DNA of 64,000 bases, from positions 384,001-448,000 of the forward strand of contig JAKFBS010000001.1 in assembly GCA_036677065.1 (NCBI GenBank). The letters are read 5' to 3'. Source of the DNA: Bdellovibrio sp. GTDB taxonomy: Bacteria; Bdellovibrionota; Bdellovibrionia; Bdellovibrionales; Bdellovibrionaceae. Shown piece after piece: positions 28,830-38,353 of this stretch (within the stretch, counting starts at the first letter, position 1; every line of letters starts with the position of its first letter). Under the pieces are notes generated by a model. It was not told the origin of the DNA and made no database searches. It saw only the letters and a program-made list of their open reading frames with translations. Both the position numbers and the translations under genes were made by a program.

Positions 28830-30641
28830 TTGAAGCAGACCAAATCTATTACTAGAAGTTTAACGATAACCATTGCGGTTATTTCATTATTACTTTTATT
28901 AGAAGTCATCGGTATTGGTCTTGCCAGTCGTAATACTTTAGAGGGTTTGACCGATTTACACCGAATGATTCAGGTGATTAATCAGGTGCGTAATTTACGT
29001 CAGGTTGTTGCTACCCGCACTCAATTTTTAAAAGATTTTGCGCGTGACAATAAAGCAAGTGCCGAAGAAGCTGTTATTTTAGATAATATTGAAAAACAAG
29101 CCGATGATTTATTCGTCGTTTGTTTGCAATTAAGTACCGCACATAAAGAAGTTAACAGCTTAATTGCCGAAGCTCAAAAGGGCTTATTAGAAGAGCGTGC
29201 TCTTTCGCGTAAAATGCTGTCTGATCCTAACAGCATTTTTGAATCAACCGTTATTGATCAAATTATTCTTGAAGTGCAAGATTCTTTGGGAAAAGTTCAG
29301 CTCGTCCTATCAAAAGATTCTGATGCGTTGTTTGAGCGAATTTTTAATTCTCGCTTTATTCCTTTGATCGTTGCGGTTGTTCTGGCTTTAATTTTTTTAG
29401 TTTTTGCTCTGTTTATGGGGTATCGATTAAAACGACAAATAGATTTGCCGATTAAAAATCTAATTCAAAGTACAAAACAACTGGCCGAAGGAAATCTTCG
29501 CGCCCGCGCTACTATTTATGATGTGGATGAAATCGGATTATTAGCTCATGCCTTTAATGCGATGGCCGGAACTCTTGAGCAAAGCACGGTGTCACGCGGC
29601 TATATCGAAAGTATTTTAGAATCAATGTTCAACTGTATATTAGTGTTAGATAACAAAGGCACAATTTTGACCGTAAATCGCTTAACAGTGCAAACGTTCG
29701 GCTATTCAAAAACAGAATTAATTGGCTTATCAATGAAAGCAATTTTGCATGAGGATGTTGAATTACTAGATCCTAATTCAAATATAGAAACTGATGCCTA
29801 CACTCGCTCGGGGCGAAAATTTCCCGTTTTAGTTTCGGTGGCTGATTTAGACGAGCAGGCAAAGATGCCTTCGAATTTAAGAGTTTGTGTCATTCAGGAT
29901 ATTTCTGAAAGTAAAAGATTAGAAAGCGAAATTAAAGAACGTAACTTAGCTTTAAGCGCTGCAAATCAAGAACTCGAGGCCTTTAGTTATTCGGTATCTC
30001 ATGATTTACGCGCTCCACTTCGAATTATCGACGGGTTTAGCCAAGCATTAGTTGAAGATGCAGGTGATCAGCTACAAGGTGAAGCTAAAGTTCATTTAGA
30101 ACGTATTCGTGCGGGTGTGCAGCGAATGGGACAGCTTATCGACGCCGTTCTAAATTTATCGCGTCTAACCAGAGCCGCAATGACTATCGTTGATTTAGAT
30201 TTAACTTCGATGGCAAAAACCATTATCGCAGAACTGCGTGGTCTTGAGCCAAATCGTAAAGCCGAAGTTATCATTCAAGAAGGAATGCACGCAAATGGCG
30301 ATTTAGTGCTGATGAAAGTGACCTTAGAAAATTTAATCGGTAATGCTTGGAAGTACACTTCTAAAAAAGAAGTCGCGCAAATAGAATTCGGCCAAACAAT
30401 GCAAGATGGTCTTGAAGTTTTTTATGTCAAAGATAATGGGGCGGGCTTTGACATGAATTACGCGAAAAAATTATTTACGCCATTTCAGCGTTTACACACA
30501 CAAAGTGAGTTTTCAGGCACAGGTATTGGTTTAGCCAGCGTAAAAAGAATTATTCATCGTCATGCGGGAACTATCTGGGTAGAAAGTGTAGTTGGTGAAG
30601 GTACAACATTTTATTTTACATTGGCGGCGGCGCCAACCTAG
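28830..30641 (+). CDS. Membrane sensor histidine kinase (periplasmic helical domain, HAMP, PAS, HisKA, HATPase)
   Basis: Two TM segments, DEIG.LA.AFN.M HAMP, FSYSVSHDLRAPLR, NAWKYT, DNGAGFDM, GTGIGLA. Confidence 0.93.
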   Translation: MKQTKSITRSLTITIAVISLLLLLEVIGIGLASRNTLEGLTDLHRMIQVINQVRNLRQVVATRTQFLKDFARDNKASAEEAVILDNIEKQADDLFVVCLQLSTAHKEVNSLIAEAQKGLLEERALSRKMLSDPNSIFESTVIDQIILEVQDSLGKVQLVLSKDSDALFERIFNSRFIPLIVAVVLALIFLVFALFMGYRLKRQIDLPIKNLIQSTKQLAEGNLRARATIYDVDEIGLLAHAFNAMAGTLEQSTVSRGYIESILESMFNCILVLDNKGTILTVNRLTVQTFGYSKTELIGLSMKAILHEDVELLDPNSNIETDAYTRSGRKFPVLVSVADLDEQAKMPSNLRVCVIQDISESKRLESEIKERNLALSAANQELEAFSYSVSHDLRAPLRIIDGFSQALVEDAGDQLQGEAKVHLERIRAGVQRMGQLIDAVLNLSRLTRAAMTIVDLDLTSMAKTIIAELRGLEPNRKAEVIIQEGMHANGDLVLMKVTLENLIGNAWKYTSKKEVAQIEFGQTMQDGLEVFYVKDNGAGFDMNYAKKLFTPFQRLHTQSEFSGTGIGLASVKRIIHRHAGTIWVESVVGEGTTFYFTLAAAPT

Positions 30642-32634
30642 ATTCAGGGTTTGTTAGGTTACCATTACGATATTTTGCTAAACAATCAACGAGTTCACGC
30701 TTTTTGATGGGCTTTGATAGAAAATCTGTAAAACCCATTTTTAAACAGCGTTCGCGTTCATCTTCGAAAGCATGTGCAGTAAAGGCTACGATCGGCTTTT
30801 TATAACCGTGTTGACGTAAAGTCGAAGTGGCTGTGTATCCATCCATGATCGGCATTTGGATATCCATAATAACTAAATCATGTTCGCCCTCTTCGGCTTT
30901 TTTCATGCCTTCTTCGCCATCAGCCGCTAAATCAACTTTTACGCCTTCCATTTCTAGAAAATTTTGCACAAGCAATTGGTTATCCAGCGAATCTTCGACC
31001 AGTAAAACTTTAAAATTATTCATGTTTGGTTTTGCTGCAGCAGATTTTTGCGCAGCTAAATCGACAACGTCGACAGGCTCAGAGAGTAGGTTGGCAAAAC
31101 TTGTAATCATTGGTGAGGTAGAGATATCACCAGTTTTAATTTTTGCAACGAATGTGCTGCCTTGGCCTGGTGTGCTGGATTGTAAGACCACATCACCGCC
31201 TAAAGCCTGGGCTAATTGTTTGGCCAAAGTTAACCCCAGGCCGGTGCCGCCAAATCTGCGGGTCATTGAACTATCTACCTGAGTAAAGGGTTCAAAGAGA
31301 TGTTTTATTTCATCTGACGACATGCCAATTCCGGTATCAATGACACTGAAATGTAATACGGGTTCAGAATTTTCTTCTGCTAGTTTTACAATTAATTCGA
31401 CTGTGCCTTGGTTGGTAAATTTGATCGCATTACCTAATAAATTAAGCAGGATATGCTGAAGCTTCGATGGATCTGAATGGATTTTTTCTGGTATCTGATC
31501 TTCGGTCTCAAAATGCAAAGTCAGATTTTTTTCATTAGCGAGCGGCGATAAAATTGATTTCACTTGAGCAATGACATTAGGTACCGAAAATTTTGCAATT
31601 TTTAATTGTAATTTACCGGCTTCAATTTTTGATAAATCTAAAATTTCATCAATGACTTTTTTAAGGTGTTCACTATTACGGGTAATTTTTTTTAGCCACA
31701 GAATACGTTCTTTTTCATCTTTATAATCAGTTTGCAATAGTTCAGATAAGCCCATAATGGCATTTAATGGCGTGCGAATTTCATGGCTCATATTAGCTAA
31801 AAATTGTGATTTGGCGTTGCTGGCATACTCTGCATCGCGCTTGGCATTTTTAAGGTCTTCTTCGTACATTTTACTTTCGCTGATATCGGTCATAAGACAA
31901 ACATAACCACGTACTATGCCGTTTTCAAATTCCGGACTCACGGCTACATTAACAAATTGGGGCGAAGTTGCTCCCAGCAAAACACTTTCAAAAGTAACTT
32001 GCTCACCGTGATCTAAACGTGAAATATTTTTTTTAATCTGAGTCGTAATTTCAAGGCCAAAAACTTTTTCAACTGGTTCATTAACCAGAGTTTTTTCAAA
32101 CCACTCCATGCTGACTTTATTTGAAAAACTAAATTTCAAATCAGGAGTGATATAGGTCAGTGACGCCGGTATGATATCAGTGATAACTTTAAGTTGTTTT
32201 TCATTTTGGCGAAGACGCTGTTCTGCAATGACTTTTTCGTATTGCGATTTTGTCAGCTCTAGAGCGTTTTTAATAGCTGAAGGCAGGCGAACAATTTTGT
32301 CTTTAATAACATAATCAACGGCGCCTTTTTTAAGACATTCAACAGCCATTTCATCAGATAATGTTCCAGTAACAATAATCAGCGGCGTAAGTATTTTTTG
32401 CTCTTGCAGAATATCTAACGCAGAAAGAGCGCCAAATTGCGGTATTGAATAATCACATAGAATTATATTTGGCTTAAAGTTTTCGAGAGCCTCTAAAAAA
32501 GCGGCTCGATTATCAACAGTTACAGACGAATAATTTAGATCAGACTTGCTTAAAGTACGTTGCACTAGCAACTGGTCTAGCTCGTTGTCTTCGGCGATCA
32601 AAATTTTAAGACTTTTGTCTTGAACGTCGTCCAT
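30616..32634 (-). CDS. Cytoplasmic hybrid kinase REC-PAS-HisKA-HATPase-REC
   Basis: N-terminal REC (ED, CDYSIP, YVIK), ANMSHEIRTPL, GGTGLGL, C-terminal REC MDIQMP. Confidence 0.93.
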   Translation of the reverse strand: MDDVQDKSLKILIAEDNELDQLLVQRTLSKSDLNYSSVTVDNRAAFLEALENFKPNIILCDYSIPQFGALSALDILQEQKILTPLIIVTGTLSDEMAVECLKKGAVDYVIKDKIVRLPSAIKNALELTKSQYEKVIAEQRLRQNEKQLKVITDIIPASLTYITPDLKFSFSNKVSMEWFEKTLVNEPVEKVFGLEITTQIKKNISRLDHGEQVTFESVLLGATSPQFVNVAVSPEFENGIVRGYVCLMTDISESKMYEEDLKNAKRDAEYASNAKSQFLANMSHEIRTPLNAIMGLSELLQTDYKDEKERILWLKKITRNSEHLKKVIDEILDLSKIEAGKLQLKIAKFSVPNVIAQVKSILSPLANEKNLTLHFETEDQIPEKIHSDPSKLQHILLNLLGNAIKFTNQGTVELIVKLAEENSEPVLHFSVIDTGIGMSSDEIKHLFEPFTQVDSSMTRRFGGTGLGLTLAKQLAQALGGDVVLQSSTPGQGSTFVAKIKTGDISTSPMITSFANLLSEPVDVVDLAAQKSAAAKPNMNNFKVLLVEDSLDNQLLVQNFLEMEGVKVDLAADGEEGMKKAEEGEHDLVIMDIQMPIMDGYTATSTLRQHGYKKPIVAFTAHAFEDERERCLKMGFTDFLSKPIKKRELVDCLAKYRNGNLTNPESRLAPPPM

Positions 32635-32809
32635 ATCCTATGATTATCACGACGATAATAGATCTTAAATACATAACTTAACTAAACATCCGGCGAGGAA
32701 AATTTGGACTAGTTGTTTTTTTATTTATACAAAATTAAATTGGATTCGGTGCTTTTTTTGTTGCATAAGAAAATTCGGGTTTTATAGCACGACTGAAGTC
32801 CAATTTCGG

Positions 32810-32837
32810 TACATTTTACCTCTGAAAAAGCCGATAA
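32810..32837 (+). promoter_or_regulatory. sigma28 (FliA)-like promoter
   Basis: TACA-N16-GCCGATAA, 7 bp before GTG 32845; -35 is weak. Confidence 0.5.
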
Positions 32838-32844
32838 CGTATTT

Positions 32845-35067
32845 GTGAAAAACACCAATGCAGATCGTAAGTGGATCATTCTAATTGGCATTCTGCTCAT
32901 AGCAGAAGTGCTATGGCTATTAGTTGATTTGCAGTGGATTAATGTTCCGTTTTTTTCAAAAAAATCATACACTTCAAATGCTGTTGATGCGGGATATATT
33001 ATCTCGAGTAAAAAAGATTTAAAACGCCGCGGGGCAAATAGTCTCATCTGGGAAGACACCCAGCCTAAAGATACACTTTTTTATCATGATTCGGTTTTAA
33101 CGCTTTCACAGAGTTCGGCTAAACTTTATTTAAAAGATCAGACTGATCTGGAACTTTCAGAAAATACTTTAGTTACCCTTGAAGAACCAGAAGACAAAAC
33201 TAAATCTGAAATTCGCTTACGCTTTTCGCGCGGTGATTTGCGCGCGCGCAATCCATCATTTAAAACAAGCGTTATCGGCGAAGACTGGGTCATCAACTTA
33301 GATAAAGGCTCAGACATTGTATTGCGTAAAGACCAAGGTTCATACGAGTTTGAAGTTGTTTCAGGCACGGCCACTCTGCAGACAAAAGATGGCGAAGAAA
33401 ATTTAACCGAAGATAAAATTTTAAAATTAAATGATGATCACAAAGTTGAAAAAGTTGAAAAAAGTACCGATCTTCAGTGGAAAGAAAAAAAGCCAGTTAG
33501 AATTTACACGTTAGATGATAATGCAAATATTCCGCTCGAGTGGACAGGTGATGCCAAAGATCTTGTTATCAACAAAGCGGGCAGTGAAGAAGAAAGTCAA
33601 AATTTAGAAAAACAAAAGCAAACATCATCGGTAAAACTTGCGCATGGCAGTTATAAAATCAGACTTAAAAATGCGTCTGGCATATCAGAAGCAAAGACTG
33701 TTGAAGTTTGGAAAGCTCCACGCATCTATTTAAAAAAGCCTTTACCGCGTGATCGCTTAAAAACTAATGAGCCTTACGAATTTATTTGGACCACTGAAAA
33801 AGGTGTTAAAACATACCGCGTTCAGTTTTCTTCTAATCAATCACCATTGAAACAAGAAAAAGCCGACCAAAATTACACGACCATAAAGTTTGATCAAGAA
33901 CAGGATTTAAAGTGGCAAGTGCAAGGCGAAGATGAAGAGGGCTTTGTTATTCCGCCGCTATATAATAATGAAATTTACTTGCGTGATGAACCCCTGGCCG
34001 CCCCTAAGCTTAAAGTTCCGGATGTAAAAAAAGGCGCATATTATCAACCGAAGTGGCATTGGTTGTATGCAGCTATTTTTCAACAAGCGCAGGCAAAAGT
34101 TGATAATTATGAAATTGATTTCGCCTGGGAGCCCGTTGCCGGAGCCGATCAGTATATTTTAGAAGTTTCAGCAACTCCGGATTTTCGAGAGCCTGAATTA
34201 ATTAAAACATTATCAAGCACCACCTATGTGTGGAAAAAAGTAAAGTTTAAAAAGTATTACTGGCGCGTGGCTGCAGGAAGCGCCAAAGGCCGCATGGGAT
34301 TATTTTCTGAACCGATGGAATTACAATTAGACGAAATTAAAATTGTTAACGTTCCAGCGCCAGAGCCGCCAGCCGAAGTCAAAGTAGAAACTGAGCCAGT
34401 GATTGAACCAGTTGTTAGTGAAGAAAAAAAATCTTTTTCGATTGAATTACCAGAAATTCCGTCGGGGTGGGGAATTGCGTTAGCGCCAAGTTATAAGTAT
34501 TCAAAAACCGCTGGTGAAAAAGAAACTCGTATCGACTTACAAGGTATGGTACCTTTTGGTGTCCAGTTAAGCTTTAAAACCGGCTGGATTAACAATCATA
34601 ATTATCATTTTAATTTTTGGACCAGCAATCAAACATGGAAACCGATGCCTGAAGTTGAATTTCCGTTTCAGGATAATTTAAAAGTTCGAGAATCGATATT
34701 AACATTTGATCGCGGAACTTTAAATAAGCAAAATCGTCTGGGTCTGATTTTACATGAAAATTTTATTGCGAAAAGAAAGACCGAAGAATCAATAACGATT
34801 CAATCAGAAGTTTTATTCGGAATTCGCACTTCGCGGTTATTTAATCCTAACGAAAACTGGCAAAATACAGCTGGTCTTGCGCTTTTAACATCCGGAAAAG
34901 TTCATGAATTGATGTTTGATATTCAAAGTAAAAGATACTTATCAAATAAAGACAGTAAATACAGATGGTCTGTAGGTATGGGTGCAAATGCTGTACACCA
35001 AAAACACACCGATGGTGGCGGCTTGCAAAGCGATCTTATTTTTTTACTGGGACTTGAACAGTTTTAG
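32845..35067 (+). CDS. FecR-domain protein with Ig/FN3-like modules and C-terminal beta-rich domain
   Basis: N-terminal TM; LKRR...LIWE...LFYHDSVLT...SA.L.L...T.LELSENTLV; YYWRVAA FN3 motif; terminal Phe. Confidence 0.75.
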   Translation: MKNTNADRKWIILIGILLIAEVLWLLVDLQWINVPFFSKKSYTSNAVDAGYIISSKKDLKRRGANSLIWEDTQPKDTLFYHDSVLTLSQSSAKLYLKDQTDLELSENTLVTLEEPEDKTKSEIRLRFSRGDLRARNPSFKTSVIGEDWVINLDKGSDIVLRKDQGSYEFEVVSGTATLQTKDGEENLTEDKILKLNDDHKVEKVEKSTDLQWKEKKPVRIYTLDDNANIPLEWTGDAKDLVINKAGSEEESQNLEKQKQTSSVKLAHGSYKIRLKNASGISEAKTVEVWKAPRIYLKKPLPRDRLKTNEPYEFIWTTEKGVKTYRVQFSSNQSPLKQEKADQNYTTIKFDQEQDLKWQVQGEDEEGFVIPPLYNNEIYLRDEPLAAPKLKVPDVKKGAYYQPKWHWLYAAIFQQAQAKVDNYEIDFAWEPVAGADQYILEVSATPDFREPELIKTLSSTTYVWKKVKFKKYYWRVAAGSAKGRMGLFSEPMELQLDEIKIVNVPAPEPPAEVKVETEPVIEPVVSEEKKSFSIELPEIPSGWGIALAPSYKYSKTAGEKETRIDLQGMVPFGVQLSFKTGWINNHNYHFNFWTSNQTWKPMPEVEFPFQDNLKVRESILTFDRGTLNKQNRLGLILHENFIAKRKTEESITIQSEVLFGIRTSRLFNPNENWQNTAGLALLTSGKVHELMFDIQSKRYLSNKDSKYRWSVGMGANAVHQKHTDGGGLQSDLIFLLGLEQF

Positions 35068-36613
35068 GCTTTCGTAATCGCCAGGCTTGTATTAAAGGAA
35101 TCAATAATAAAATAGAAATAAGCCATTGCATATTTTGCGGTGGAATATTTTTAACTAAACCGCAACCGCCGCTTTTAAATTCAAAATTTTCTCTTAAACC
35201 AGGATCAAAATTAATATACACATCATCGACTATTGTTGGATTGGCATCATCTGAATTAGTCACATTAACGCGGTATCTGACGTAACGTTTTTTAGCGATT
35301 GTTGAAATCGCCGCTGAATTTATCCAGCCCGAATCATCACTGATAAAATCATCATCGCTGCCTGCAACCTCGAAAGTAATATCAGAACTTGCAGGATTTG
35401 CTGTGATTGAAGTGTAAGTCGCAAGAGTTGATTCAGTGTCATAACTTTTACTGACGGCAACTTGAGTTGTACCTGAAACAAAACCGACAATGCCATCTAG
35501 TAAAAGTGTGCTGCCTTGGGCTTCGCCAACGCTACCGGTAAAGTTACCATTACCAGCCATATCCCAAATGCGGCCGTCAGTGGCATCGCCGCCATCGCCC
35601 GGAAAAGGAACATTAGGCTCGCCACCGATTCCAGCATAGGTGGTAATTATATTTCCAGAAACGCAGTGAATATTTGTCGGAGTAAAAATACTAATATTGC
35701 CACCAGCACCGCCGCCGCCGCCACCGCCAGAATCGGCTGCGCCACCATTTCCACCATTTGCCATAACTGCGCCAGTTAAAGAAATAGTCACATTACCTAC
35801 GGCGCGAATAATGACTGTGCCACCACCAGCGCCACCGCCACCACCACCTTGAGTTGATGATCCTGATCCACCGCCACCGCCGCCACTGCCAGAAAGAATA
35901 TCAAAATTATGATCAAGCCCAGCTTTTCGCAATCCCGCTGATCCGCCGGTGTTACCACCAGCCGATACACCTGGCGAGCCATCGTTATTTGTGTAACCAG
36001 CACCACCACCGCCACCAGCACCACTCACAGCACCAGTGAATATTCCACCGCCACCGCCTATAGAAGTTCCGGCTAGTGATAAACCACTGGTTCCAGAAGT
36101 AGCAGCACCGCCGCCATTACCGCCAGCAAAACCTGCGCAGCGACCGATACCACCAGCACCACCAGTAGCGCCCACGGCAGGAGATCCATCTTCACCAGAA
36201 CATTCAATCACACCATTAATATCAACAGTCGATAAACTGTGAATAATAAGCGGGCCATTGATACTTGATAAGGTGTAAGCAGAGTCTAAATTGAAACGAG
36301 TTACTTTTAGAATTGGAAATTGATTGGCATCAATGGTGATGTGATTACCAACGATGGTGCCAAATTGTGAATATGTTGAAAGTTCAAAAGGCCCATGGCT
36401 GCCATCGCTGACCGAAAAAGTAGTTTGGCTGGCAACGGCTTGTGTTGAATTTCTGTAATTATATATTTGTAAGCTAGGGTGTAAATAACCTAATTCGAAG
36501 TTCCACACTAAAGTAGAACTCACTAACTGAGTTGTGGTATCAAAAGTTTCAGTGAAAACTCGGGCGTTGGCAGTCAAAGACGTTAATAAGATAAGCCAAC
36601 CCAGCAGTTTCAT
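35036..36613 (-). CDS. Glycine-rich secreted surface protein with C-terminal GGC-TM-basic tail
   Basis: Signal peptide; long poly-Gly tracts; SGGCG...WLISILLLIPLIQAWRLRK. Confidence 0.75.
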   Translation of the reverse strand: MKLLGWLILLTSLTANARVFTETFDTTTQLVSSTLVWNFELGYLHPSLQIYNYRNSTQAVASQTTFSVSDGSHGPFELSTYSQFGTIVGNHITIDANQFPILKVTRFNLDSAYTLSSINGPLIIHSLSTVDINGVIECSGEDGSPAVGATGGAGGIGRCAGFAGGNGGGAATSGTSGLSLAGTSIGGGGGIFTGAVSGAGGGGGAGYTNNDGSPGVSAGGNTGGSAGLRKAGLDHNFDILSGSGGGGGGSGSSTQGGGGGGAGGGTVIIRAVGNVTISLTGAVMANGGNGGAADSGGGGGGGAGGNISIFTPTNIHCVSGNIITTYAGIGGEPNVPFPGDGGDATDGRIWDMAGNGNFTGSVGEAQGSTLLLDGIVGFVSGTTQVAVSKSYDTESTLATYTSITANPASSDITFEVAGSDDDFISDDSGWINSAAISTIAKKRYVRYRVNVTNSDDANPTIVDDVYINFDPGLRENFEFKSGGCGLVKNIPPQNMQWLISILLLIPLIQAWRLRKPKTVQVPVKK

Positions 36614-36618
36614 TTATT

Positions 36619-37044
36619 TTATCCGGCCTTAGTCGTTTCATCAGTTATTTTCAAAGCCTGAAAAACTTTTTCGCGCAGAATATCTGAACGAAAAGGCTTA
36701 ATAATATAACTATCAATCGCATGCAGTTTTGCATTTGTAATTTTCAAACGCTCTTGTGATTGCTGGCTGGTTATCATAATGAATGGCGTTGAATAGCGCA
36801 AATTATGCGCGCGCACCGCTTTAAGTAATGCTAAACCATTGGTTCGTGGCATTTCCCAGTCAGAAATAATTAAATCAATGCGCTGAATGGTATCCAGCAC
36901 GTATCTGTACGCTTCGGCTCCATCACGAGCTTCAATAAAAGTTCTAAAACCATACATGGTTAAATAATCTCTTACGATTCCTCGCACACCATCATCATCA
37001 TCAACGATCATGATAGTCATGCGACTGATGTTGATCTTATTCAT
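36619..37044 (-). CDS. CheY-like single-domain response regulator
   Basis: IVDDD, ISDWEMP..NG, FIMIT, YIIKPF. Confidence 0.92.
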   Translation of the reverse strand: MNKINISRMTIMIVDDDDGVRGIVRDYLTMYGFRTFIEARDGAEAYRYVLDTIQRIDLIISDWEMPRTNGLALLKAVRAHNLRYSTPFIMITSQQSQERLKITNAKLHAIDSYIIKPFRSDILREKVFQALKITDETTKAG

Positions 37045-38353
37045 GAGCTCCCTCTTGTTTAATAGGAATTTTAATTGTTACCTCAACACCTTTTGAAGGG
37101 TGATTTGACAATGAAAATTCTCCTAAATGTTCGGCTTCAATGATTTCTTTGCAAATAGGTAAGCCAAGGCCCGTGCCTTTGTTGCCTTTTGTCGTATAAA
37201 AAGGATTCATTACATAGGGTAATACATCTTTTGGGATTCCAGGGCCATGATCACGGATTTTGATTTCAACCCACGAATCTGGAATTTGACCTTCTGGACT
37301 GGCACATTTTGCTACCGAGATATCGATTTGCCCTGACGGAGACATAACGTGAGCCGCATTCGTAAATAAATTAATAAACACCTGTACCAATGAGTGGTGA
37401 TTCGCATCAACTTCACATTGGTGGTATTTGATTTTTGTAACTTTAATATTACGTTTATTAAAATCATGCGCCATTAATTCTAAGGCTTCATCGACACTGG
37501 AATTTAATTTAATAGGAATTAATCCAGGCACTGATTCAACGTTATTCATTTTTTTGAATTTCGATAAAACGTTTGAAGCGGTTTCACCAGCTTTTAAAAT
37601 TGTTGAAAGTGCTGTGCGCATTTGCGCTAAATCACCTTTCATTAAAGCGATTTCTGCATGACCTACGATATGCATTAATAAGTTTCCGAATTCATGAGCC
37701 ACACTGCGGCCTACAGCAGCTACCGTGCTATTGCGCTCATTGACGCGTAATAACTGTGAAGCTTCTGATAATTGTTCTTCTTGTAATTTCTTTTGTTCTT
37801 TTAAATTCCATAGTGAAACGGCATTGCGGGCTTTTTGTAAAATAGCGCCATCAGTAAATGGTTTATTCATGTAATCCCAACGATCAGATTTGTTAGGTCC
37901 TAAAATTGTATTGATCGAATCTACGGTACGGTCATGGTAAGCGGTTACAAACACAGCGTGAATTTTGGGGTCCATTAAATGAATTTGGCGAACTAATTCG
38001 ATACCATCAATTTCACTTCCTAATAAAACGTCAAAAAATCCCATCGCAAATGGCTTACCATTTAGAATTGATGACTTAATATGATGGAGTGCTTCGGTCG
38101 GATTTTTTGCCCAAACAACCTCAAATTGATCTTTTTGCGCTTCGCTAGGAGTGCCCGCAGTTTTACTTGGCGCCGCTGATCGGCTGGAGCGATTGATCGG
38201 TACCACTGAAGATGGAGCTGGCGAGATAATGGCTTTGATGCCCTCTGCAATGGCTGGTTCGTCTTCGACGATAAGCACGCGCCAATTGTATTCGTAGTCT
38301 TTTTTAGCTTGTGGCAGATCTAAAACATTTAGTTTTTTTGCAGTTTGACTCAT
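37037..38353 (-). CDS. Hybrid REC-histidine kinase
   Basis: IVEDE, FFDVLL, FVTAY, YMNKPF; AHEFGNLL, DHGPGI, GTGLGL. Confidence 0.9.
   Translation of the reverse strand: MSQTAKKLNVLDLPQAKKDYEYNWRVLIVEDEPAIAEGIKAIISPAPSSVVPINRSSRSAAPSKTAGTPSEAQKDQFEVVWAKNPTEALHHIKSSILNGKPFAMGFFDVLLGSEIDGIELVRQIHLMDPKIHAVFVTAYHDRTVDSINTILGPNKSDRWDYMNKPFTDGAILQKARNAVSLWNLKEQKKLQEEQLSEASQLLRVNERNSTVAAVGRSVAHEFGNLLMHIVGHAEIALMKGDLAQMRTALSTILKAGETASNVLSKFKKMNNVESVPGLIPIKLNSSVDEALELMAHDFNKRNIKVTKIKYHQCEVDANHHSLVQVFINLFTNAAHVMSPSGQIDISVAKCASPEGQIPDSWVEIKIRDHGPGIPKDVLPYVMNPFYTTKGNKGTGLGLPICKEIIEAEHLGEFSLSNHPSKGVEVTIKIPIKQEGAHE

Noticed and set aside
28830..30641. Bacteriophytochrome
   Set aside because: Kinase core is similar but the N-terminus is TM-periplasmic-HAMP-PAS, with no PAS-GAF-PHY module
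35690..36180. ccaccg/ccgccg repeats as a CRISPR array or VNTR
   Set aside because: They are poly-Gly codons of the minus-strand CDS, with no repeat-spacer periodicity
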